From: a virus
Strand: one strand, 5' to 3'
IMG/VR virus record: IMGVR_UViG_3300047491_001507
DNA length: 64,000 bases
The position numbers and the translations under genes were made by a program. This document shows positions 18,112 to 25,608 of the stretch, in pieces (position 1 is the stretch's first letter; each line of letters starts with the position of its first letter). The notes below the pieces were generated by a model. That model ran no database searches, had not been told where the DNA came from, and was given only the letters and a program-made list of their open reading frames with translations.

Positions 18112-18690
18112 TTATAATCCCCAACGTTCTTTAAGGACTCTCCAATAAGATATTTTGTTTTTTTCAATTTTTCTCTTTAATTCTTGATTTTCTTCAATTT
18201 TTCTCTTTTTAGCAGCTTTTTTTGCTTGTTCGTACAATTTGGCAATCAAATCTTCCCAAACTTTCTGAGGATTATAGCATTGTAGCTCCCCTGCCAACTC
18301 TTTATAAACCAAAAATCCCTTATAATGAACCTCAATTCGTTGATTTGTTTGAAAATATTTAATTTCAAGATGCATGGCTCTACTTAAACCATCAAAAACA
18401 TAACCTTCAATTGTGGAAAAATCATCTCCCATATCCTGGATTTTGTCGCTGCCCATCAATGGACCTTGTTGTCCACTGGCTGTTATTTCATATTCATTGT
18501 CGCTGTCATCTTCATAATAATCTTCTAAAAAACTAGGGTTGTACAAACCGCTACCTTGACGAATAATTGGATGACCAAAAGTTGTAACAATAATACCTAG
18601 TTTTCCAGCTACTCCCATTAAATTTTTTTTAGTAGCCTCAATGGTTCGAATTTCTTTTATCGCTTTTTCTTTTGGGGATTCATTTGACAT
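18112..18690 (-). CDS. hypothetical protein
   Basis: I prefer the ATG at 18688-18690 (MSNESPK) to the TTG listed in the ORF track. The gene diverges from the metalloprotease gene. Confidence 0.35.
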   Translation of the reverse strand: MSNESPKEKAIKEIRTIEATKKNLMGVAGKLGIIVTTFGHPIIRQGSGLYNPSFLEDYYEDDSDNEYEITASGQQGPLMGSDKIQDMGDDFSTIEGYVFDGLSRAMHLEIKYFQTNQRIEVHYKGFLVYKELAGELQCYNPQKVWEDLIAKLYEQAKKAAKKRKIEENQELKRKIEKNKISYWRVLKERWGL

Positions 18691-18712
18691 AATATATAAT
18701 GTAGGGGTAATT

Positions 18713-20140
18713 ATGAGTATTTTAAAAAATATTTTCAATGCTTTTCGATCTAGTAGGATTATCAGGACTGTTAAACGTCCACCTTCTACACCTGTGCCGC
18801 CACCTACTCCACAGCCAATTCAGTATTTGTTGAGTGATATGTTCACTCCTAATCTGGTTAAGCCAATTGATCCTTCTATTAAAGCAGTAGGCCCTCCTTT
18901 TGTAGTTAAAAATTATAAAGGGGGAGGATATAATCGAGGGACTTTAGAAGCAGTTTCTGCTAATTGTTACGTTACCATGTGTAATGTATTGAATTTTTTG
19001 CCTAAATATTCCTTGCAAGAAATAAATCGTTGGGCTGTAGTACAGAACTTGATGGTCAATCCCTTGGCTGGACAAAATTTAAATGCTTTTTACAATAGAA
19101 TTTCCCTTCAATTTTTTTATTTTTCCCATCCATCACTTTCATCCACATTATTTCTAGCAGATTCTGCTGATGTGGTTTCACACGAATTAGGACATGCGAT
19201 TTTTGACATATATCGTCCTGCTGGATTTAACGCCGCTTTAATTGAAGTTGCTGGGGCTCATGAAGGAATTGCCGATTTCTTTTCTATGCTAAATGCTCTA
19301 AGTTATTCAGAAGTAATGGCTTACGCAATAAATCAAGTCAATGGGGATTTAAGAAAGCCTAATTTAATTTCAGGATTGGCAGAAGATACTGGCCGTGTGA
19401 TCAATCAACTTACCGGCAATAGACACAATGTCAATTGTTTGAGAAACGCAATTAATAATTACAATTATGTTCCTCCTTCAGAGTTACCTGTAGAAGCTCC
19501 TGATGATCAGTTGTCCTCAGAATGCCATAGTTTTGGCAAGATTTTGGCGGGTACTTTTTATGATATTTTGGTAGCTCTTTATGAAAAGAAATTAACAGAA
19601 GACAAGAATCCTGTAAATGCATTAGCATATGCTCGTGATACTTTGGCTGTTTTAGTTATTTGGGCCATTAGAAAGGCTCCGTTGAATGTTAGATATTACG
19701 AATCTTTAGCCAAAACAATACTTTGGGTGGATCAAACTAAATTTTCTGGAGCAAATCAACAATTATTAAAACAGATTTTTTTGAATAGAAAATTAATTTC
19801 TGATCAAATCAAAATATTATCTGCGATGCCAAAGTGCAATGATTACACAAAGATCAAATACTCCAAAAATACTCTTGTAACAAAGCTTTCAGATCATTTT
19901 ATTGGAATTCAATCCAACAATCCTTTGTATAACACATCGATTGAAATTCCAAATGATCAGGCGATATTTTATGATTTACATGGGAATTGCATGGATTTTA
20001 CATCATTTAGTGCCAGTGAGGCAGTAAAAGGTGGGCAAGAAATGGTTCGTTATTTGCATGAAGGAAATAAGGTCAATAATGATCCTTTTTCGCAATTTAA
20101 GATTGAAAACGGCAAATTAATTAGAAATTGCTTTTTTTGA
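18713..20140 (+). CDS. zinc metalloprotease with an HEXXH motif
   Basis: VVSHELGHAIFDIY contains HELGH. The start MSILKN follows GTAGGGG. The N-terminal region is Pro-rich (PPSTPVPPPTPQP). Confidence 0.5.
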   Translation: MSILKNIFNAFRSSRIIRTVKRPPSTPVPPPTPQPIQYLLSDMFTPNLVKPIDPSIKAVGPPFVVKNYKGGGYNRGTLEAVSANCYVTMCNVLNFLPKYSLQEINRWAVVQNLMVNPLAGQNLNAFYNRISLQFFYFSHPSLSSTLFLADSADVVSHELGHAIFDIYRPAGFNAALIEVAGAHEGIADFFSMLNALSYSEVMAYAINQVNGDLRKPNLISGLAEDTGRVINQLTGNRHNVNCLRNAINNYNYVPPSELPVEAPDDQLSSECHSFGKILAGTFYDILVALYEKKLTEDKNPVNALAYARDTLAVLVIWAIRKAPLNVRYYESLAKTILWVDQTKFSGANQQLLKQIFLNRKLISDQIKILSAMPKCNDYTKIKYSKNTLVTKLSDHFIGIQSNNPLYNTSIEIPNDQAIFYDLHGNCMDFTSFSASEAVKGGQEMVRYLHEGNKVNNDPFSQFKIENGKLIRNCFF

Positions 20141-20427
20141 GGTGTAATATGGGTTCTTGCTGTAATGGTCCAGGGCGTTGGTCGCCAGAATATAATAAAA
20201 AATGGAAACCAGAAAACAATTCAGGTTGTTCTTGTGGCGGTAAAAGCTTAGGATGTAATAATCCTAGTCTTGCCTTGACAGACTCCCCACGCTGGCAATG
20301 GGAACAGGTTCATGGCAAATTAGTGACCAATTTTACCTGGGAAAATGATGACAATGGACATATAGTCATGAAGATTACACGCACTCCTTGTCCTAAAACA
20401 TCTCCACAAACGTCAAAACGTTGTTAA
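20128..20427 (+). CDS. small Cys-rich protein
   Basis: 99 aa with CCNG, CSCGG and C...C. It overlaps the end of the protease gene by 13 nt. Confidence 0.35.
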   Translation: MLFLRCNMGSCCNGPGRWSPEYNKKWKPENNSGCSCGGKSLGCNNPSLALTDSPRWQWEQVHGKLVTNFTWENDDNGHIVMKITRTPCPKTSPQTSKRC

Positions 20428-20451
20428 ATTTTTAAAAAATTTAAAGAGATC

Positions 20452-20482
20452 TTGCAAAAAAATATTTTTTTGATTCTAATAT
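20452..20482 (+). promoter_or_regulatory. putative promoter, TTGCAA-17-TCTAAT or TAATAT
   Basis: TTGCAAaaaaatatttttttgatTCTAATAT lies upstream of an AAGGAG Shine-Dalgarno site and the ATG at 20525. Confidence 0.25.
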
Positions 20483-20524
20483 ACTCTCAACGCTGTTTCA
20501 TTTATTCATCACAAGGAGCAAAAT

Positions 20525-20881
20525 ATGAGGTATCGAGAAGAATCTTGGTCAGAATGGCTAGAAGAGGCATGGTTAGAAGAAGCAAAAGGCGATTTTATTC
20601 CAACAGTTCAATTTGAATTGAATGAAGACGATGACGACGATGAAGACGATTGGGATGACGATGACCAAGATGATTATGACGATGACGACTATGATGACGA
20701 CGACTATGATGAAGATGATTATGACGATGATGATTATGATGACGACTATGATTGGAGCAATGGCAGTTTTGATGATGAAGATGAAGATGAAGACGAAGAT
20801 GACGATTATGATTACGACGACGATGATTATGACGATGATGACGATTATGATTATGACGACGACGATGAAGACGACGAATGA
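20525..20881 (+). CDS. extremely acidic D/Y-repeat protein
   Basis: 118 aa. A WLEEAWLEEA N-terminus is followed by about 85 aa of DDDDY and DED repeats. The underlying DNA is tandem GATGACGACGACTAT-type repeats. Confidence 0.5.
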   Translation: MRYREESWSEWLEEAWLEEAKGDFIPTVQFELNEDDDDDEDDWDDDDQDDYDDDDYDDDDYDEDDYDDDDYDDDYDWSNGSFDDEDEDEDEDDDYDYDDDDYDDDDDYDYDDDDEDDE

Positions 20882-20999
20882 TTTTTTCTTTTATCTCGTC
20901 GCATAAATTTTCTATTTTTTGGAATGTCAAAAGTAGGAAATGCTCCAACTCCTTTATTTGCATCGTCCATATGCATGGCTTGTAAATCGAAAGACGCAC

Positions 21000-21038
21000 T
21001 ATCCGGCCCGCCTCCTGGGCCGGATAAATTTTCTATTT
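21000..21038 (+). terminator. rho-independent terminator with a GC-rich 10-bp stem
   Basis: TATCCGGCCC-gcctcct-GGGCCGGATA followed by AATTTTCTATTT. Confidence 0.5.
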
Positions 21039-21099
21039 GTAACCAATTTTTAAATCGCATGTATTATATATTCACAAAGAGTAAAAAGGCTGGTGTAAA

Positions 21100-21630
21100 A
21101 TGAATAAAAAGCCATGGCATGGAATCATGAAAGTCTTAGAAGTATCTGTCTGGGACAATAATCAAATTATCAGACAAGAGAAGAACATATTAAATATGTT
21201 TCATAATGACGGGGAAAGATTCCTTTTAGAAGCAGCATTTGTTGGCGGTCAAGTAAGTAGCGTTATACCAGAAAATTACTTTCTTGGCTTAGACAATAGG
21301 GCTGAAGTTCTTGTTGGAGATGATATGAGCACCATTTATAATGGCGGCTCTCCTAAAGAACCAATAGGATCAGGCTACCAACGTCAATCCATCGGTTCAG
21401 AAAATGATTTCTCTATTAATTTTGTCTCCGATCATTATGTGGCAACCAGTCCAATTGTGTCATTTCAAGCCACAACTGCTGATTGGATAACAGTTTACAA
21501 TTTATTTCTCACTGATCAAAATACTTATGATGGTTATTTGATAGCAACTGCTGTTCTTTCGGCTCCACTTACAGTGGCCGCAGGACAAATAATCACAGTA
21601 AGAATTGGCATGCAACTTAAAGACTGTTAA
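21100..21630 (+). CDS. hypothetical protein
   Basis: 176-aa ORF. A TTGTAA hexamer upstream at 21037-21042 suggests a promoter. Confidence 0.4.
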   Translation: MNKKPWHGIMKVLEVSVWDNNQIIRQEKNILNMFHNDGERFLLEAAFVGGQVSSVIPENYFLGLDNRAEVLVGDDMSTIYNGGSPKEPIGSGYQRQSIGSENDFSINFVSDHYVATSPIVSFQATTADWITVYNLFLTDQNTYDGYLIATAVLSAPLTVAAGQIITVRIGMQLKDC

Positions 21631-22102
21631 TCAATTCTTCAATATCGGCAATTTTAACAAAATGTGTCACTTGAATTCTTTTCTCTCCTTTTTGTAATAC
21701 ATTTTGTTCACGATATGCCATGTATTTGCAGCCTCCGTCTTTGTTATTTAACAAATTTACAGAAGAGACTTCGCCAATACATCTTGAGTACAAATCATCT
21801 AATAAATCTATATTAGAATTGCTTAATTGTCTCCATTCATCATCAGAAATATCCAAAGATGATCCTGCTCGATAAGGGAGGCATATTTCATACCCATCAG
21901 ACCTAATTTTGATCGGCACTTCTTGCTTGTCATTTTTCAAATAATAATTGCAAAAAATTTCTTTAGCCGGTTCAGAAGTCACATTGTTCATAAACCATAC
22001 TGGAACAGAAACTCCAACTGTAACCAGTTCTATGCCTTCGTGTAAGGCATATCTTTGTTTCTCTGTCAAATGGATAATGTGTTGAATAGTTAGATTTAAC
22101 AT
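21617..22102 (-). CDS. hypothetical protein
   Basis: 161-aa ORF convergent with 21100..21630. Confidence 0.4.
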   Translation of the reverse strand: MLNLTIQHIIHLTEKQRYALHEGIELVTVGVSVPVWFMNNVTSEPAKEIFCNYYLKNDKQEVPIKIRSDGYEICLPYRAGSSLDISDDEWRQLSNSNIDLLDDLYSRCIGEVSSVNLLNNKDGGCKYMAYREQNVLQKGEKRIQVTHFVKIADIEELINSL

Positions 22103-22144
22103 TTTGTTTTAATATATATTAGTAACATCGTTGATGGAGCATGT

Positions 22145-23074
22145 ATGCAAAAATATAATATTTCAGTAATAATATCGTTATTGTTTCTCGTTAGTATCGG
22201 GTCATTTGTTTACAAATACTTGGAGAAAAAGCCAAAATACAATTTGACAATTAATAGAATTGACAAAATGCCTTTAGTGCAAGATGATCCTTTTGCTCAT
22301 CTTGCTAAAGGTGGCGTCCCTCAAGAACAAAGAGATGAAAAATTTAGAAAATGGCTTTCTCCTTGTATGAAAATTAAAGTCAAAAATGCATCAGGATCTG
22401 GAACTATTGTCTATTATGATTCTAAAGAAAATTATGCATATTTGCAATCTTGCGGGCATTTATGGAGCGGTGATGTATCAGCCGAAGAGGCCAAACGAAG
22501 AGCTATAAAGTGTAAAGTAATTACTTGGTATCATAATGATCAAAAACTGAATGAGCCAAAAGAATACAATGCTGAAGTTCTCTATTTTAGCAATAGTCGA
22601 GGTAGAGATTGTAGTTTATTACGATTCCAGCCTGATTGGAAGCCAAATTATTTACCTATCGCCCCTGCTGATTTTAAATTAGAGGAAAATTATAGATTAC
22701 ATTCTGTTGGTTGTGATGGAGGCGAAGAAGTCGCTCATTATGATGTTAAATATATTGGCACCAAAAAAGTCACAGAAGATGGATGGTATGATTGGGTAAC
22801 AACAGAAAATAGCCCCAGACCAGGGAGATCTGGTGGCGGTTTAATGACAGATAATTATTATGTTGGTATTTGTTGGGGCACATCTGAGTATGACGGAACA
22901 GGCAATGGGTTTTTTACTCCTTTAAGCACAGTTCGACAATATAACAAAATGAATGGATATGACTGGTTAAATGATGTAGGACACGATTGGATACAAAACA
23001 TCCCCATTATTGACAGAAATAATCCACAAAAAGAATATCCAAAAGATTATATTCCATTACCAGGAAGATTCTAA
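22145..23074 (+). CDS. trypsin-like serine protease with an N-terminal TM anchor
   Basis: QSCGHLW supplies the His, GRDCSLLRF the Asp and PGRSGGGLM the Ser (GDSGGPL-like), in the correct order and spacing. The TM helix is ISVIISLLFLVSIGSFVY. A GGAG Shine-Dalgarno site precedes the start. Confidence 0.5.
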   Translation: MQKYNISVIISLLFLVSIGSFVYKYLEKKPKYNLTINRIDKMPLVQDDPFAHLAKGGVPQEQRDEKFRKWLSPCMKIKVKNASGSGTIVYYDSKENYAYLQSCGHLWSGDVSAEEAKRRAIKCKVITWYHNDQKLNEPKEYNAEVLYFSNSRGRDCSLLRFQPDWKPNYLPIAPADFKLEENYRLHSVGCDGGEEVAHYDVKYIGTKKVTEDGWYDWVTTENSPRPGRSGGGLMTDNYYVGICWGTSEYDGTGNGFFTPLSTVRQYNKMNGYDWLNDVGHDWIQNIPIIDRNNPQKEYPKDYIPLPGRF

Positions 23075-23896
23075 ATGGCTCATATCCCCGTCCCAATTTG
23101 AGCTAGATTTATAAAATGGACAAATATTAGCATAGTCGCAATTTTTACATTGCCAGCTAACTTTTCCCCAGACTTTATCTGGATCGGCCTGTCGAATAGA
23201 TATGTAACTGTCCAACATGTCCTTTTCTACGTCAATTAATGATTGTTGACTGTACTGACATGCAACAAGTTCTTCTCCGTCCAGAAAGAATAAAGCTGCC
23301 TTGATATTTTCTGCTGGCAGTTTAAATTCTTGTTGGACGATTCTTGCGTATACTTTTAATTGCAAATCATTTACTACAGTCTTAGAATTTACTCGATATT
23401 TACTTTTCTGGGTGGTCTTGTAGTCAATGATATATGCTTTGTTGTTTTTAATTATTAGACGATCTATAAATCCTACAACATTTAATTGATTTGGAGGATC
23501 AAGATCATAATTAAACTCATATTCGGTATAACCATCAGTACCAGTGCGTTGGGTTAGTTTATGAATTGATTTTATGTGTTTTGGTATCTTTTTCTTGTAT
23601 TCGGCGGGGATTTCAGGACAAAATGTTCCATGCTCTAGTTCAATTTTGCCAGAAACAATATCGTTGGTAATGCTTTCAATTGGAATTTGAGCCTTATTTT
23701 GAACGAAAAGTTCTGCTATTCTGTGTATAATCGTTCCGTAAGTGAGATAAAATTTATCCGATTCTGGTGCGGGGACTTTTAAATGATATCTAAATTTGTA
23801 TTGAGCAGGACACGAATCATAACATTTTTTACGACTTACTGAAGTGTGCTTTATTTCCATTTTCAGTCCTTTTATTTTAATATAGTTTAGAATCAA
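23057..23896 (-). CDS. Cas4-like PD-(D/E)XK exonuclease with an Fe-S cysteine cluster
   Basis: The N-terminal Cys sits in KKCYDSCPAQYKFRY. The nuclease core is GFIDRLII...YIIDYKT. The C-terminus is CKNCDYANIC (C-x2-C-x5-C). Confidence 0.6.
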   Translation of the reverse strand: MILNYIKIKGLKMEIKHTSVSRKKCYDSCPAQYKFRYHLKVPAPESDKFYLTYGTIIHRIAELFVQNKAQIPIESITNDIVSGKIELEHGTFCPEIPAEYKKKIPKHIKSIHKLTQRTGTDGYTEYEFNYDLDPPNQLNVVGFIDRLIIKNNKAYIIDYKTTQKSKYRVNSKTVVNDLQLKVYARIVQQEFKLPAENIKAALFFLDGEELVACQYSQQSLIDVEKDMLDSYISIRQADPDKVWGKVSWQCKNCDYANICPFYKSSSNWDGDMSHLESSW

Positions 23897-23904
23897 AAAT
23901 TCGC

Positions 23905-23933
23905 TTGAGCTTTTGATATTTTGTTGGTATAAT
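23905..23933 (+). promoter_or_regulatory. sigma70-like promoter, TTGAGC-17-TATAAT
   Basis: A perfect -10 hexamer TATAAT at 23928-23933 and a -35 TTGAGC at 23905-23910, 17 nt apart. They lie upstream of the GAGGG Shine-Dalgarno site and ATG at 23953. Confidence 0.5.
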
Positions 23934-23952
23934 TCTTTTGAGGGCCAATATT

Positions 23953-25026
23953 ATGGGAATAGATTTTGACACATTCTACGATTGGTGTAAAGATCGATTT
24001 GGAGAGAGAAATCTAAAAATTAGACGTACTGCTCACGGCGATGAGATTTGCACTCACTCTCCCTTTGCTATTAAAAAACTAGGAAAAGAAGATCAAAAAT
24101 TTCATTTATGGCTTAATCCAAGTGGCGGGAAAAACAATTATGAATGTGGCGTTTATCGTTGTTGGCTCACTGACGAAATGGGATCTTTAATTTCATTTGT
24201 ATCAGAAATTGACAATATCTCTTACGATGAAGCAGAAGAACTAATTATTGGAATCAGTTCGTTAAGATCTTTGGAACGTAAAGTCCATGATCTTTTTGGT
24301 AATTATGAAGAACATATTCCGGTAAAACAAGAGCAAGTTGTAAAAACTGAAGAAGATAAACTTAAATTGCCAGAATCATGTTATCTAATTGAAACTATGT
24401 TTCCAAATGATTATTGGAAAATACGAGCAACAAAGTATTTGAAAGCAAGAAAAATTCCTTCAGTTGGATTGTATGTCTGCACAAACAACAAAGAATATGG
24501 CAATCGAATCATTATTCCTTGGTACGATAAGAATGGAGAGCTAATATTCTGGAATGGACGCAGTATGTCTCCAAAAGACAACATACTAAGATATGCTAAA
24601 CCCAAAAAAGCAGATCAAAGTTCTGCTTTGTATATGACAGCATGGCCAGAAAAGGGAGCAAAGATTTATATTATGGAAGGGGAATTTGATGCGATTTCTC
24701 TATCCTTGGCCAATTTAACAGGTTGTGCATGTGGTGGTAAATACCTTTCTGAAACCCAAATTGATTTACTAAGAGATTACACAATTGTATTGGCTTTTGA
24801 TGCTGATGAGGGTGGTCGGGAGGCAATGCTAAATATAGGTCGAGAATTACTAGAACAAGGTTTTAAAAATTTGTCTTATGTTCGTCCTCCAACAGTCTAC
24901 AAAGATTGGAACAAATTATTACAAGTCAGGAACATACAAACCTTAAATGCTTATGTGCATCGATTTGAAAAGCCTTTTACCACTATGACTGCTGATCTTT
25001 TGTTGTCTCGGAAGCTTTCAAATTAG
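23953..25026 (+). CDS. DNA primase (Zn-ribbon plus TOPRIM)
   Basis: The N-terminal zinc-binding segment is CTHSPF...ECGVYRC. The TOPRIM motifs are YIMEGEFDAISLSL (E) and IVLAFDADEGGREA (DxD). Confidence 0.65.
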   Translation: MGIDFDTFYDWCKDRFGERNLKIRRTAHGDEICTHSPFAIKKLGKEDQKFHLWLNPSGGKNNYECGVYRCWLTDEMGSLISFVSEIDNISYDEAEELIIGISSLRSLERKVHDLFGNYEEHIPVKQEQVVKTEEDKLKLPESCYLIETMFPNDYWKIRATKYLKARKIPSVGLYVCTNNKEYGNRIIIPWYDKNGELIFWNGRSMSPKDNILRYAKPKKADQSSALYMTAWPEKGAKIYIMEGEFDAISLSLANLTGCACGGKYLSETQIDLLRDYTIVLAFDADEGGREAMLNIGRELLEQGFKNLSYVRPPTVYKDWNKLLQVRNIQTLNAYVHRFEKPFTTMTADLLLSRKLSN

Positions 25027-25189
25027 GGTTTGCCAGATTTAGGAAATCTTCTTTAGTCACATAACGCAATGTTCCATCATGATGCCAAACTGGAATTGTG
25101 GCATTCTCGGTTGGTTGTCTTTTGAATATAGATGGAGTAAGAGACAAACCTCTCTTGATTTTACTGTTTTTACTACGAATTTCTGGCAT
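24983..25189 (-). CDS. small hypothetical protein
   Basis: The start MPEIRSK follows ACGGAG. The gene overlaps the 3' end of the primase gene on the opposite strand. Confidence 0.2.
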   Translation of the reverse strand: MPEIRSKNSKIKRGLSLTPSIFKRQPTENATIPVWHHDGTLRYVTKEDFLNLANPNLKASETTKDQQS

Positions 25190-25206
25190 GATTACTCCGT
25201 TAAAAT

Positions 25207-25608
25207 ATGAATTCAAAAACTATAAGTAAGATGCAGGATCGCTACATCGGTAAAATATGTAGTATTATTAGTTCGGCAATGAATAGAGATTTTGAAGAAA
25301 AAATTTGCAGAGAGCATTTCGTTGTCAGAGTTAAAGAAATTGATATGGATGGCGTTTGGGGAGTTCACCCATTTAATACAGATATGTTTAGTTTCTTTTC
25401 GATGAACCATATTATTTCAATTCATGAAGAATTTGAGATAAACGAAAATGATCCAGAACATTTAAAAATGATTCAAGAATTCGAAAAAGTTACTGGCAAA
25501 AAGATTGAACCAGACATTAAAACAAAAAAGGAACCATCTAGTGATTCCTTCTTTGTGGACATTGAAAGTCTGTCTAAATTAGCAGAGCAGGCCAAATCTA
25601 TAGTTTAA
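25207..25608 (+). CDS. hypothetical protein
   Basis: 133-aa ORF. Confidence 0.4.
   Translation: MNSKTISKMQDRYIGKICSIISSAMNRDFEEKICREHFVVRVKEIDMDGVWGVHPFNTDMFSFFSMNHIISIHEEFEINENDPEHLKMIQEFEKVTGKKIEPDIKTKKEPSSDSFFVDIESLSKLAEQAKSIV

Noticed and set aside
20595-20999. His/Arg-rich 134-aa ORF and a Met/Thr-rich 94-aa ORF overlapping the acidic-repeat gene
   Set aside because: They are alternative-frame and antisense readings of the GAT/GAC repeat DNA. The low-complexity translations are artefacts of the repeat. The acidic plus-strand frame is the one with a promoter, a Shine-Dalgarno site and a terminator.
20851-21060. 69-aa minus-strand ORF ending in poly-Ser
   Set aside because: It contains the GC-rich terminator hairpin at 21000..21026 in its coding region. 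Its poly-Ser tail is the antisense of the acidic repeat. It is most likely spurious.
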